Below, piece by piece: positions 12,668-27,633 of a stretch of DNA of 64,000 nucleotides; the first letter of the stretch is position 1; each line of letters starts with the position of its first letter. The notes below the pieces were generated by a model. The model did no database searches. It had not been told where the DNA came from and worked only from the letters and a program-made list of their open reading frames with translations. The stretch is from Phoronis australis (taxonomy: Eukaryota; Animalia; Phoronida): contig NMRA01000408.1 in assembly GCA_002633005.1 (NCBI GenBank), positions 62,001 through 126,000 of the forward strand, read 5' to 3'. The position numbers were made by a program, and so were the translations under genes.

Positions 12668-15600
12668 CCCAGTGACGTCATAACTTCAACGGATGTGTTG
12701 CTCTTATGAAACAGATGACGATGTCATTCTCAGCAAGAAGTTTAGTCCTAAACTTTTTGTTCTCAGTTTTTCACATTCTTTTCGAAGAGACGGATCCATT
12801 TGGAAATTTTGAATTATAAACGGTGCAATTAAGATTAGATATTTTCATTTGACCACTTGCCGCAATAAAACAGACATGAAAAGGTTTCTGGACTTGGAAA
12901 ATGGCACATATTCCATAATTACACGCAGCATGGTTCACCACGTATTTTTTAATATTTTTTTCTTTTCAACTGACCCGTTGTGACAAGCCAACTTGAAGAG
13001 CTTGACCACGAAACTGGGAACGCCGAATTGTCACTTCTCTACCTAGTACAGAATTAGCCTCTAATTTGACGAAGGAAACTTTTTTAAACAGTTTTCATAT
13101 CGGTAAGCGATCTGCATCAAGAAGGTTGGTACGTTTTTATTCCCAACAACTATTTGCCAGAAAACGCTGTTAAGAATATTTTGGAGGAACCTTTCAAAAT
13201 AAATTGCTATGGTCGTTTTTCCGAATTGTCTAGAACTGTAAGACGCAAAACTCGTTCACAAATTAGGAACGGAAGACGTGATTTATCGTCAGATCATGTG
13301 GTCTGTTCCTATCAGACTGAAGATTCGCCTAATTATTTGAAAATGATTAAACCATCTACCGAGCTCTGAATGAATTACTATTCCTGTGATGCGGACAGAC
13401 AGTCGAATTCATTAAGCTTTGCTTTTAGCGTATATTGGCTACATTTCGTCAGACATTTAAAAATAAATCGAAATATATTTCACAATCTCGTTTCAAATTG
13501 TAAAAAATAGGATTTGGAAAAATCATTCCTTAGCAGAGGAAGTGTCAACTAGTTCATTTCTTTCGGACGTTACACCAGCAACTCTGTTATCGATGTTATC
13601 AAAAATGCCGTTTTGACAACAACAAACCAACGATAATTGAAATCCACGGAAAACCAATTCCACCGTCAACCACTTTAATGCAGAACTAATGTCGATTTTT
13701 GGAAACAAAAATGTCTAAAAACTAGGCGAGCTCGACGTATTTGAACATCAACTTTCTCCAATAAAGGCAGACTACACATTGTACTGAGAAGCGACGATTC
13801 TTCTTGGCGAATAGTGCTTATTCTATTGACTTCTTTCATGATATAAAATTACGGCTTTTTGAAAACGGAATTTAAGTTCGACTCAAACTTTAATGAAAAA
13901 AGTAATAAAAGTTCCCGAAGTTCTGTTGCTTGCCTAACGATCAAGCTTTCTCTAACGTTTCTGTACGAGAACACATGACAGGCGCAAAACTGCAAAGGCG
14001 GAGCACCATTTTACACCCATCACAGAAATATCGCTCAGCGCCGGCCATTCACCCGAATCACTCAAAAGGGTTATGATTTCGATTCGTTCACGCACTCGAA
14101 TGACGTAGATTTCGACAAAGCACTCCAAATATGTGATTGCAAAAGTGACCTAGACCCAACCCCACTAAAGTCTACGTGATCCGCAACAGGAAATCTCCTT
14201 TCTGAATAAACTAGCATCGCCTCTTCACCTCCCTCGCATATATAACCGACTTAAGACAGCAACAAAAAATCTAGTTCAAATACCATTAGGCCTACTAACG
14301 TAGATTATAAAATCGTGTATCAATAGATTGTCTAATTTCGTCTTATAGCGGCTTGGCAAAACGATATTAGCATCTATGAATATTGAGTTCATGGTTCTAC
14401 ATAAACAACTTATTACTAATATTCTAGTCTACACGACTTCCGGATTAATGAGGTATTATTGTCTAGGAAGTGAGAGAACATGTTTCAACCAGCTGCTTTC
14501 CAACACCTGGGGGTCGCCACTTCCTTTTCGGAGCGCCACCACCCAGCGGGAGAGCCGATATGAATCAAAAACCAAGGGGTCACATGCCCGCGTTAAGAAT
14601 GATGGAGACCACGGGTTCTCAGGAAATCGCACAGCTTTCTCCATGTGGGCCCCGATTAGTTATTTGATTAATTTAGTTTTGATGTAGTTGGCCACAAAAA
14701 ATGTATGCTCTAAGCGCGACTACTATTCTTTTGACGTACCCGATGAAGACACATGCTCTCGAGTCATTTGTGGACATGCAATGGTTCGTTTCCAAATGAA
14801 AAATAGGTACGCTTGTCCATGAAGCCACGGAAAGGTGGGCACTGAAAGCAACAGAAACGCGTGATCCGGAGTTTAAATGAGTGGTGACCTGGGGGTCCTT
14901 CGTAATGCACGTAGCGGCTACGTCAGTGACGTAAGATGAGTAGCCGAAATGATTAAGCAATCATGGAAAAATTCATATGCCAGCATTATATAGTCAACTT
15001 ACGTTCAACTCTCACCCCTCCTGTCCTAACTTAGACCCGTCAGTGTATACTGAACCTATGCGCTCCATTGGCGAAAGAAGGGGTGTTTTTGCCAGGTAAA
15101 GTGTGAGCGCTTTGAGGCTTGTTTTCGAAAATGAAGAGAAGCTAAACACAGCAATCTTCCAATCCGATATTATTTCAAGAGCAAAAGGGTTCTAGACATT
15201 TTAACTCTACTGTTTGAAAATATCTACGTAGACAAGTGATGCTCCTGGGGTGGGTGTTAGTCTAGTCCGTGTCCAATTCTTTTTAAGACAAACTAATCAA
15301 AACGCATAATGGTAACGACTTTTGTACAGCACTTGACACGACAGTCACTAATCGATTCGTACATCGCCGGAAAGGTACTCAAGACCACAGGTCAATTATG
15401 CATAAACGGAATGCACCGAGTGACGTGTTCCGCTGTAATGATCCATAAGCGTGCCGCCCAAGATCATCATCGGGTAATCGTTATCACTTGTACACCTCCG
15501 CCAAACGCTAACTGATTCAAAACTCATACACATCTTTCAAATAAGAAAATCGTGTTCATTTCAAATTGGGAGTTCCTGGAAAAAGTTAAGAGTCTTGCGT

Positions 15601-17397
15601 AACTTCTTGTTGTTGGCAAAATTTGTAAGAACTGGTTTTATCAAACTGTGTATCGTCGCTTATTTTTGTGAATGGATCACAACTGACGCTTATGCGGCAA
15701 ATGTTACCTATATCTCCGGTTTGGTAGATACTGGGGGGATTTTCGATCGCTGCGGCACCCTTATAAAAGTGGCTTTGCCAGAGGGTGGTGCTTTTCAGCG
15801 TTTTTTGTTTTGGGAGGGAGCGTTTGGAACTCGATATAGAGGTAAGTGACGAAAATGCGCCATCACCAATCAATTTTCGGGCGGGTTGGTTCGATATCAC
15901 ACAGAGCAAAATCAGACAGTCAGGCGGAATGACGTCACCCCAGAGCATTTAGGTTCATGTAATGTCACTTCCGTCTTGTTCCGTGTGATAATATCAAACC
16001 CGATTCTAAGCAAAATGCACACTACCTTTCTGTCATCATATTGCTCCATAAAATCAAATAAAAAAAATTCAAATAAGAAAGTTATTCGCTTTCTCCTAGA
16101 GCCACAGAATTGCACATATCTGAAATCATAAATCCAACGTAGATTGATGTTAATATACTTTTACTATGACTAGTTGAACCACATGATTCATCGTTCTGCT
16201 AAAGCGAAACGCATCGTGACAACGAAAGTTAATGGTAATTAATATGCCATTTATGACTGCTAAAATGTTCTCACATAAACTAAAAATGACCATTTTCAGA
16301 TGACCAGTTCGTTTTTGAGGCGAAAATGGTAAAGTGTTCACAATATGACAACACTAACTCCTCTCAAGGCCCGGACCTAGTCCGCTACACATGCAACATA
16401 CAAACTTCACATATACTGAAAAAGAACTTTCGACACATTAACTTGTGTTTTGATGGCAGCCATCTTTTGTTAGGCGCGCAAATAGCCGGAAATGGTTAAT
16501 TAATCTTGTTAAGAACGTAGGGAGGCTGTTTTTCACCTGAGATAAGTTGAAATCGCGTTTATCTTCGACGGAGGAAGAGGGGGATGAGTTTTGCCATTTT
16601 TGTTCAAGTAAAGTGTGAGCGGGTTAAGGCTTCTGTTAAACGGAGAGAGGCTAAAAACAGCAGTGTCTCACCCCAATGTTATATTTTGTATTTTTTATGT
16701 TGTTATATTCATGTTAGGGTCATTTCAAGCGCCTAACATGCTAACATCCTCCCTTGTTCGGAAGATTCAAAACAATGTGGAATTCTTGATCCTGGACTGT
16801 AAAGTGTAGCGTCTAAAATGTTTGTTTGTTTTTTTCAACTCCACTTGAAGTTAAAAGATACCTTATGACGCTTTTACAAGGGACCACTTTTCGATAAGTC
16901 GCTCCAAATAGCTTTTGAGCCTGCAAGTCTACTAAGCAACAGCGTAGCCATTTTTTACGATTAAGATGTCGCTTATCTGTAATCGTTGGAAATTTTGTAC
17001 AAATATAAGGAAATGACAAGACGAGGTCAGCATACTCATAAAACGTTGATCGAGTTTCTAAATTATATGGCGGAAATGTTCAAAGAGGCTTCTTCCGCTT
17101 CATTTTCTATGATAACCTATAAACACACAATCATTACGAGCACCAGAAACTCAAGGTCAGGCGGGCAACAAAACCTTTGAAAATCAGTATAAACATAACG
17201 TACGGGTTGAAATTTACGAAATGTCTTTAAACTACTAACTTCTGTCTGCTGAGGAAATTCGTTTGACGCAAAAAAGTAAAAGGTGTCTTAAATGACGTCT
17301 TTTAGTATCCTTTATAAAGTTTGTAATAAAGACTGGCACTTCAACTATTTTGTTTCTTTGAATTACGTGTCGTTATTTGACCGTTGGGACGATTTCT

Positions 17398-17448
17398 CAT
17401 GGGCGGCGCAGCTATAGCCCCCCAGGCCCCTATGGTGCGCCGCCCATG
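17398..17448. mobile_element. 51-bp micro-MITE with perfect 13-bp TIR
   Basis: CATGGGCGGCGCA ... TGCGCCGCCCATG, flanked by TTTCT on both sides. Confidence 0.75.
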
Positions 17449-17469
17449 TTTCTCATTTTTAGTATCCTG

Positions 17470-17731
17470 TGGTCTGTTTCATAAAACGTGACTTAAGACA
17501 GAAATTTTGTCTTTCGCTTCACATAACTATTTCTGAAAAAATAATTAAATCACATTTGAGTAAAAGTGCTATGTCCCTGAAAATAGACTAGTTACTGATA
17601 CAATTTCTATGAAATAGTTCTGGACTGTGATGAATTCATAATTCCATGGCAAAACCTTTATTTAGCCATTGCAGAGTGGGAACTTTAGGTCAAAATTTTG
17701 TCTTTGTCAAACACTTCCACGAAACGGACCT
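17470..17731. mobile_element. Harbinger-like MITE (~260 bp)
   Basis: Imperfect TIR ggtctgtttcat...aagacagaaattttg versus caaaattttgtcttt...acgaaacggacc; CTG on both flanks (CWG-type TSD). Confidence 0.6.
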
Positions 17732-20700
17732 CTGGTGAGTAGTTAGCGCCGCCAGAAATTTTGTTTTGGAGTGACACTCTTTCTTGTGGACTTCAAAAAA
17801 GTACGCCTGCGCTCTAAGTGCAAATGAATTAACCAAGTTTAAGCTAACATATACTTCTCACGTCTTACTTCATAGTTCGAGTTCGAAGAATCGAAGCCGT
17901 TGAAATCGCGCTCATCAAAACGTGACAAGAATGTCGTGCAATCAAGATAACTTCCGATGGTCAACACTCAAAATATTAACTATTGCCCGATTGTTTTGAA
18001 TTAAACACACATGAGTCTTTCGTCCTCAGGCTTAAATTGATAAAATCATTGAATAAATATTCCGCACGCGTCGACATTCACAAGACGTGTTGTTTTTTTA
18101 CCTGCCGACTAGCCCGGGCGGCTCGGCCACACGAGATTAGATCAATGAGAATGAGATAAAGCGTCTAGACGATTTGAAAGGGACATCACAAACCTCACTA
18201 ATTGGATCTTACAACATGTTTGCAGTGAAAGCTCACCTCACTCTATTCAGTGTACGCAAATAGTAATTAATGATTATATAAACAATTGTTACTTTTGACA
18301 AATTCTCAAAGATTGCATTGCAGCAGTGTTTTTAGCTTATCCCAAATACTGTATTTTTCTCTTCGTAAATTCTGCCGTGTGTGTAAGTGTACATTCGTAA
18401 AATTCTATGTTCGAGTGCTGTGTTTAGGGTAAGACAATTTACGTAAAATCAAATCTAATGGAAACGGCTGGTTTTGTCAGTTACAAAACAGTAAGTTTGT
18501 GTAAATAACGTCTCGTTTTCTTTCTCGGGCACCTTAACTTTTAGTTGTTACAATTTCCTCTGCTATTATTCTTGCAGTCATATCACTGCGTCGTTTTGAC
18601 CATAATCAATTTCAAAAAGAAACCTTCGTTGTAATGTTTTATACGAAGTATACACGTCACAGCATTCGTCGTAAAAGTTTCACCTGAAATTCGTAAAAAG
18701 TTAGCCTTTTTGCCCGGTGTGTTTGCTCGTGTATATGAGTGGGGAATACGCAGAGTCCTAAGCCAAAGGTAAAATTTTTGTAGTCGAAAGCTAAATGTTA
18801 AACCGCATAAAATACCAGTTTAAAGAAACAAATGGGTTTCTTTTGTTGAAAACAGAGGTAGACTGTTCAATCGCCGAAATGTGGGGAGACCAGTTAAGAA
18901 AACATAAACTTTAAAAATATTTGTCAAAGAGATAAGATGTAGCGTTTGAATTCATTCAGTATATTCGTATTACAACTAATCAAATTTCAAAACGAGTGCT
19001 TCTATGCTCGTGTAGGATATCAAAGTGCACTTCAATGACACGTCGCCTCGTCTGTAAAGGAAAATTTATATGAACACCCTCAAAAGCAGGAATTATGACT
19101 TTTGAGTCCGGTGTACCAACTTGATTTCCTTGACAATTACTGCTGGAAACTTTTGATAATAAGCTCCATGGGCCGTATATTCGAAAAACGGCACATTTTT
19201 AGCTATCTGGTAACCAATGAGTTAGCCCGGTCGTACGTTCGGGTGGTTGTTGGCCCAGCGGCACATATGCGTATAAAACGACGTAATAATTAAAAAGGGG
19301 CATTTAAACTACCTAACTCAGTGTCCAAATGGTCGACTGTAAACTGGAATAAAATCTTTTTCGACAGAGCCGAGGACACTTGGAAAACCATACAAAACCA
19401 GGGAAATTATAATGATTGTGACTCCCGGCAACGTAGACGCTTGGGCCACCAATCAGACAATTTGGGGGTGGGCCTCATCACGGATTTCCGCAACTTTTCC
19501 TAGATTAAAAGCCGAGAAATGCATTATGTTATTTTATGAAGATTTAGTCACGTGAACAGTCAGGTATATTTGTTCTTTCATGAGTGAGCTGAGGGCAAGT
19601 AGACTTAATTCACAAAACTATATTTCACAACCGTCAAGTTCTCAGCAAGATAAGCTCCAGTCAATTTGGAATACATAACCAGAAACAAAACCACGACAGG
19701 AAATACACATAGGCCTAATGACGCAGATGCGATGGACAACGCGAAGAAGCAACAGCTTCACTTCACAAGGTGATATGCAACTTAGTAGTTACCACAGCTA
19801 CGATTCGCTATCGCACATGAGCAACGTACGATTTTTTTGAAAATTGTGTCTGTTTTGAACTGAATGCCCGTTAAACAGACGAAGTGTGCAACATGAACTA
19901 GGTAATCAACGGACAGCAAGTTCGTGAATCAGGGGAGACAACTTATTTGTACGTGAAATGATTTGTGCACTGCATTAATGGACGCACTGAATCAAACAAA
20001 GTCAGACAAAACGTGACCAACTGCATACACGTTTGATAAATCCTATTCAAGTTTTATTTTGCAAAATGTTTTCAAATTAAATACTACGGTTTATGGTTTA
20101 ATTAAAACTGATAAAACTACCCAACTCTTTATTTAAACGTCTTACGAAATCGTTCTCAAATCGTTTCTTACACAAAATACGTGATTTTCTGTGTTTGGAA
20201 AGAGCAAGCGACTGCTTGAGACAAGCTGTATAAGGTGACCTCTAACGGGGTTTTATTTAATGCGCAGAGTATGGGTCTCTTAAGCAATACTGAACTGCTA
20301 ATTCTTTGCAAGACCCAGAATCACTTCTCACCTGAGTAAGGAGTACTATTTGAGACTAATTTTATATCCGTAAGTGATCTAAATGACATATTAGCTTTTT
20401 ATGGAGCACGAGTTTATAGCCGTGAGAGCCAATACCGAGTTTCGCTGACGTCAGGCTTACAGATTGTAGCGCCCTCTGGGCAAATATCGTTCAACTTCAC
20501 AAATTGCTGTGTTGTGTGTCCTTTTCACCCTTATTTTCTAGAAAGTTCTCCATCCGACCTAAAATCTTTTGGAATATACAGGGTGTAATGCATTTACTTT
20601 CAGGCTTGAATTTTCTAAGGTATAGGTTCTCTCCACGATTGCAAACGAACTTACAACTCTCGTTCAAAACAACCAGGAACCTCGTACTGCCGGGGGGTAC

Positions 20701-23700
20701 ATACTCACTTAATCTTAACACTCTTAAACACAACCTGGCAAATTCATCGAAAACTTGGCGCATTTTTTTAAAATCTCCTGGTGCTAAATCAAATGTATCC
20801 TTCCTCATAGTGCGTTTAGCAGTCAGACATCAAAATTAGATAGTCCCGTTAAAAATGACAAATGAAAGTCTTCTAAGTGAAAGTATGGTAACCATTTATA
20901 ATTCTTGAAGACTTCTAGTTTCATGACAAGAAAATATTCATGTAAGGTTATAATGCCCAACACTATGCTGTGCAATACCAGCAGAATGGAAATTCACAAA
21001 TATAGGGAGAAGTAACTAGATTTTTGAATGAGTAAAATGATCACACGGCCACGAATGAAATTGGATGATGACCCGCCTAAAATAGTACCTGCGTTCATCG
21101 TTCACAATGGCGATAAAGTAAACCTTGTGGTATGAAACAAGATCTGACCCCAAAACACAACGCATTTCGATAAAAAAATTAAGCGCCCTAAGCCGTGAAA
21201 TAACTCATGTGAATAGAGACCACTGCGTGTCAAGTTTCTACAAAAACGGTGATCGTGCTACGACAAGATATGCAGGTCGGTCACTCTTGCGAAAGAGTTT
21301 GGCAATTGATGACATACAAATCAAATTGATAAGTATGTTTCTATGGCCATTAATAATATTGGCCAAACGTCGATCTGCGGGAAGGATCTCCCAGTAATAA
21401 ATGATTTCCTGCCGTTGAATTCCCCAAACGTGAATGAACCAATGTGCCGTCTGGATTCTTATGTATGCTGACATTTTTACATTACGTAAGTTTTAAATAG
21501 CTTAATCCATTAACAATATTCTGTTAAAAATCTTGTTGGGTAACAAAGATATCATTAATTACATTTTGTAGTTAATCAAAGACAATAATTCTTACTTGTC
21601 TGTTGTATCTGGTCGACATACATTTTGTTATTTAAAGGGGCAATCAACCTGCGCTATCAAAAGCCAACTTTTGATTTAGGCTGCCGCTGTTATCAAGTCG
21701 GTCTCATCTTGATGCACATTTTATCAAAGGTCGTACATAAAGTCCGGTGAAACTAAGACGGCCGTAGAGATGTTATTGCAAAAGTGACAAAAACGAGGCA
21801 ACTGAAGTGAAGTTGACAGTTTTATATTTTCCGACTCAACGACCGCCTCCATGACCAAAGTGAAGAAACTGTGTGCACATTGAAATTGAAGTTACGATAG
21901 TCTCTACCAAGGCCGGGCTTACGGCCTTAGATAAAACGAGCCCCTAGTTCCTTCACTCTGATTAGACATGATTTCCATTGAGAAGAATTGACAGATCGTT
22001 ACCGTCGCAGACCAGCTCATAATGGACTAATCTCAGTCACCACTACAGCGTGACCGTCTATGGAATTCCAGGTCATTTTTTCATCATAACCAACTTCAAT
22101 TCAAACAGTAAAAGCGTGAAGACGTTGCTTTAGAAGAGCGAATGCGCTTGTAAAGAAAGTCGATGATCTTTACACCTGAAAATGTTTAAAGTGGCGTAAA
22201 GTTAAAATTTTAATTTGTTTTTACCTACGCTGTGGTTACAACTGACGACAATCTTGTGTCATGATAGGTCTACGGTGTCATTGACATTAGATTGTATTAC
22301 ACTTACGGTAATGCGCACTGCTTAGCTGGCTAAAAACAAAATTCGAATTAGGACTTTTATTCGCATAAAATCTTTAATAGTATTCTATTTCCGTTAGCAA
22401 CAAGAATTCCGAAATCACTCAGTCTCTCAAGAAAACGCATCTGAATTGACTGGAGTTGGCCAACAATAAAATTGCGAATTCGAAAATGGCGCGTGGACGC
22501 ATTGCCTGTGATTTGCATGACCATCTTATTTGGCAACAATTCAAGATCGGATGAGCACTGTGGTGTTTTTAAACCCCAAAGAGTTTCGGTAAACACTGAC
22601 AGCTAAACAGTAGTGAGAGGCTCCTTTACTATGAATGGAACATCGTCGGTTTTACGGCAGCCAAACGCATTTGTGGGGTTTACTGTTGGATGGAACAGAC
22701 CTATTGAAGTTATTAGCTTTGACAAGAACTATACAACAACAAAATCCGTTGCGTTTTTGCGATTTTAGTACACATCGCCCATTTTCGCCGTTTTCTGCCA
22801 GACATTTGATGACATCAAGGCCGGTGACCAGTTGAAGAAAATAAAAATACTTCTACGCTATTTCAGACGCATAATACAGTATAGAATACAATATGCTGTC
22901 CATATCACAATAACTACACATAAAGGCCATGTAAGAATAATTCGTCTACATTAAATATAAGTTCCTATCAAGAAACCTGTACATGTATGGTAAAAAGAAA
23001 TCTACACCAAAATTTACGACTAACAGAGTTGTTGATAGCGATGGAAACGGGATTGGACGGAACTTGTAAATGTCATTTTTCGTAGGTAATAGATCTAAGG
23101 CATTGGACATTGAAAACACTACACAGAGCATTGGTACTTTCATACTTTGAATAGCCCAAGAACCTCCTAACAGTGTTATAACATGGCACATTAAACGTAT
23201 TGAAGGTCATCGTTTTAAAGTTACACCGTAGGTGTGCTGTGTACCATGATACTCTGAAATTTATCGAGTGGAATTCATCTCCATACAGTAGCGAACGGAT
23301 TATATTGTGACCGAGAGGGTTACAGGTTCGTTTTCGCGCTCAGGCCGGTCTCAGAAAATCACTTTTTATTTGCTCCCCTTTTTGCACTCTGCGGGAGCAC
23401 GCGGTCAACACCACGTGCCTAATGCCTCTTCATTGGAGTGACTCTCTTAGAACTATTCTTCTATGCCAGGGCGCCAAGCTCAAGCAAGATGGGAGAAGCA
23501 GAATTTGCAATACGAACACTTTTTATATTCAGGGTGTGTATTTTTATCGGAACAGTCACCTTGGAAAAACTCGCCAGTAACTGATTCCGTGATTCTGTTT
23601 CAACCTCTTTCTCCGTAGAAACACAGCATACAAGTACTTTGAATATCAGACCATTTACAAATAAATGTCGGAAACGCGTATTTTGCACAAAATAACCGTG

Positions 23701-25339
23701 CGTATGGAAAATGTCATTTCCGAACTATAGATTAAGTGGCCGTAGGCTTAAACTTTCATTGAATTTCATTCTGTTTGTGATGTCGCTTGACCAGAAAGTT
23801 CATTCAATCTGACATGTGTAGACCTCTCCCAAATTTAATGAGTCTGACCAGTGAATGAACGCTGCAAATCCACACTGGCGACTCCCGTAATAGATCATGC
23901 CCGTGCTATATTTACGACGTTGCTCAAGATATCCAGCTTCAGCATGCGACTGATGTTAAAACAAATTAATGCCACAAACTACATGCCCCATGTAATATAC
24001 ATAACCGTTGATTTACCCGCTGGAAGTGAGCGCTTCAACCGGTTTATGTTTTTCTTCGGCGGATTAACCCCGTCAGAACTGTCAATCTGCGACCATATCT
24101 TCACGTGATGCTGATGTGCAATGACTAGTGAATATTTTCGGTTAGCCCTTAACTTTTTTATTCTGCTAATGGTCTACGACGACAGACGTAAATATGATTC
24201 ATCACAAAATAAAGACTGGGCAAGATCTCGTATCCACTATGACATAAAGTTTGTGAATAAAACATGTTAGATTCTAATAAAAGCACTTATCTTGTATTCC
24301 TTAAAACTGAGACTAACAGATTAACAGAAACGATGATGTACGTAACAATAGGACCTTTATACAAAAACTCACATCTCCTGTCTCGTTTTCGCTGAACTAA
24401 AGCCTTTAGGAACCAATTAAACAAATTCTCTAGAGCACCAACAAATGTAAATTCAATTCGTTCAAGAGTGGGATTTTATATCTAAAAGCAAGTAAGTCTC
24501 CAACGTAGAAAGCATCCATTAAACAATTAATTATTCAAAGAACCAATATCCTAACAAATTAAGCAATCGATTAAGCATTAAATATCTTACCCGGTTTTTT
24601 TCTGCACCGTGGAGGAACCGGCGGTAGAGATTCGTCTAGAAGGTTTGACATAACGATACCGGTCTGCAATATTCACAAAAATTACATGATATCCGGTCGG
24701 TCATCCAGAATCTGTCTAGTTCACCGCCCGGATGAGAGCTTTGCGCTATCTGACTCTACGACTGCGAGTCGGCAAACAGGCAGGCTTATCGTTAATGATG
24801 GCTCGTCCATTAAAATGCCGTGAGGGTTCAATGTAAAATATAGCTGTTGATAGCGATTACCGGTCGGAATGAAAGTTGAATATCCACAGTAATGATCGGC
24901 CAAGGAATTGCTGGAAATTCCTCCAATTCGAGATCTGAAATCCCATGACGTGGGAGGGGGAATTTTTTTAATGTGATTTTAAAAAATAAAAACTATGAAG
25001 AGGCGACTGAGAGTCCACTGATTGCGTCATCACGCGCGACGTGATCTGAAGTTCTCGTTAAAATTCAAATTGGCAGCCATTATTAATATTTATACGCATT
25101 TTGCGGAGTTCACTCTCGTAGTATCAATTGAGACAAAAATGACCACACTGCTTGCGGAAATTGTTTTAGTTAATCAATGAGACCAAAACGAGTTAAATTT
25201 GGTGTACAGTACTACAATACATCGCATCCATCTTTAATAGAATTGACCGAAAACTTGTTTCTAACTCTAAAATCTCATATTCTGAAAGGTCGATCTCGTT
25301 CTGAAACAATGTTCAACACATGGCACTTCTTCGTAAAAC

Positions 25340-25555
25340 TACCGGTATTTTAGCAAACAGGCAACACCCCGAAATGTATGCCCATGGGCTTATGATCAGA
25401 ATATTATCCGAATACAGGCGTGTGGGCGTGCTTTTGGAGCCAAACTTACAATTATCCGAATGCAGACCCGTGGGCGACCTTTTGGAGCCACATTTATAAT
25501 TATCCGAATAGAGGCCCGGCATGGGCGTACCTTTGGAGGCAGACTTATAATATAT
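25340..25555. repeat. Three ~48-bp tandem units (attatccgaat...gtgggcg...ttttggagcc), probably internal to a decayed MITE
   Basis: attatccgaat recurs at ~25403, ~25451 and ~25499. Confidence 0.6.
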
Positions 25556-26759
25556 CAGGGTTTCTAGGGTTTCCCACGGTCAGCGAGTGTCACTAAAAAC
25601 ATGGATTCCCATTCTCTCTTACTGGCAGCCATCAGTCAAGTCAGTGCTTTAGATCCCCGTTTTAAATAAACATTACGTCGATTGAGGAATACTGTTTGGA
25701 ACTAGGCAAACGCCCATCACGACCTATTTCATGATGCGTTTCCGCACCGATTCCCAAAAGTACACCAGAGACTCTTTGCGTAAACGCAAGACTATCGAGT
25801 CAAGCTATTGTTATCACGCGTTTCGCGGTGACGATATTTCGCCGCTTTTCACGCAAGAAACCTGCTTTACGGAACGCAGCCCCGGACTTACTTTAGGATC
25901 AGGAGAGTCAGAAACGTAAAAATGCACACTTTTCAGAATATACAAATTGGGAGCTGGAGCTTGAATAACCGGAATTCCCGGTATGCAAGAACTACAACGG
26001 TACAAATTGAGAAATTCCACCATGTACATGGAGGTGACAGATGGGTGAAGTTAGATGGTATTACGGGCCTTCAGACATTCGTGGTAATCTCGTAGTTCTT
26101 TTTCAGTTTTTGTTCAATCATGCCCGTAACTGGGGTAACACGTGGCGCGTGTAATAGGCTGACACGTTAGTCTACGTACGTAGCTTGTGCAGGCTTTTAC
26201 ATCAATGCTAGTTCGGTCAGTTTAACCCAGACTCCGCTGAGTGAACAAGAGTGCACTGCACGTTGACAAATTACACTCGGTTCTTTAGATTGCCAATCAA
26301 TCAACGAACTCTCGAGTTTGTTTAGCACAAGCGCCGGAATTTACGCAACCAAATAGTTTCCGGTGGCACGCGAGTGATAAAAAGTGAAGAATGAAACCGG
26401 GTGAAGCGCCATGTCCAATGTCGTAATCGACTGACGACTGTCAGTTATCAGATCGTCTGCCACATTTGTGCTACAAGCACTTGGTACGACGACGGTCAGT
26501 TGTCGTCACGGGGGCAGAAGTCGCGTGAAACTACGCAGACGTTTATCTGAACATGTGGTCATGGAAATGACAAAGTTTTGGCGACTAGATAACAGTAAAA
26601 ATACTCACTGTTGCCTCCGTTGACAAGAATGCTGATGATAAAACTGGTTGCAAGAGCAGGCGATGAACACCCAATTACAATTACAATTTTAATAAGCCCA
26701 CTTTTCTTTTGTGGCGAGAGGGCTACCAAATTACACCGACAAAATTTGGAAGGCTACTG

Positions 26760-27170
26760 CGCCCGGTTGCACGAAAGAGTCTAAATAGGGACTCAACTAA
26801 GTTCTCTAAATCTACTGCGTATTTATGGGCTTCTTAATACACTGATTGTCCTTTTTATGTTGCTCGAGTCTCATTACTAAGTCATTTTTTGGCTTTGATA
26901 CAAATCGAGAGTGAATTCTACGTTGAATTCTCAATATTATCGAAAATAAGTAGGCTGGGGTCTTTCCACGCAGCCACATTAATTCAAGGACCGAGTCCCT
27001 CATAAGAGCTCCGTCAGTGTTTTAGAAAATGTCATAAGTCAAATAGGAGCCATAATAAAGATAAAACGATAGAAAACAATATTACATCTGTGAATGAAGA
27101 TCGAAACAAATACGCAAAGATTTAGGGAACTTTGTTGAGTCCCTATTTGGGACTGTTTCATGTAACAGAG
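26760..27170. mobile_element. Harbinger-like MITE with ~55-60 bp TIRs
   Basis: Left gttgcacgaaagagtctaaatagggactcaactaagttctctaaatct...gcgtattt is the near reverse complement of right aaatacgc...agatttagggaactttgttgagtccctatttgggactgtttcatgtaac. Confidence 0.75.
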
Positions 27171-27398
27171 AGCTAGTCCATATCAACAAGAACAGCGCAG
27201 AGCGTAAAATACGCCCCAACCGTATGCTCCAACGCAAGCGGAAAGGATATAAGGCCGAATGGTAATCTTTGCACGGTAGTCCGGTCCGGCGAAAATTGAT
27301 ATCAACTGGGCTCTCCATCTTAGGAACATGCATTTCAAATTTCGTGAAGATTTATCAAAGAACTTGGTAGATATAAACGCGGCTGCTATAATAAATCT

Positions 27399-27633
27399 GG
27401 GACCCGTTCCAAGAAACTGACTTAGTTCATTTTGACTTAAATCTAAGATTTGTCTTATCTTGAAGACTGAAACTTCCACATCCGCTACAATAGTAAAATC
27501 AAGAAAAAACTTATATCAAAAACTTAAGATCTCTTTATTGAAACGGTCGTGAGACACATTTAAGTTTTATCTTAAAATTTATTAAAACTTAAAAATTGTC
27601 TTAAGCTAAATCAGTTTTGCTGGAACGGGTCCC
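27399..27633. mobile_element. Harbinger-like MITE (235 bp)
   Basis: TIR GGGACCCGTTCCA..AAACTGA.TTAG versus CTAAATCAGTTTTGCTGGAACGGGTCCC; AT-rich interior. Confidence 0.75.

Noticed and set aside
12019-12709. Long ORFs of 187-218 aa in the ORF track
   Set aside because: They are artefacts of translating through Ns; the same applies to 61203-61724.
20497-20839. 103-111 aa ORFs on both strands
   Set aside because: No recognisable motifs; probably chance ORFs in repeat-derived DNA.
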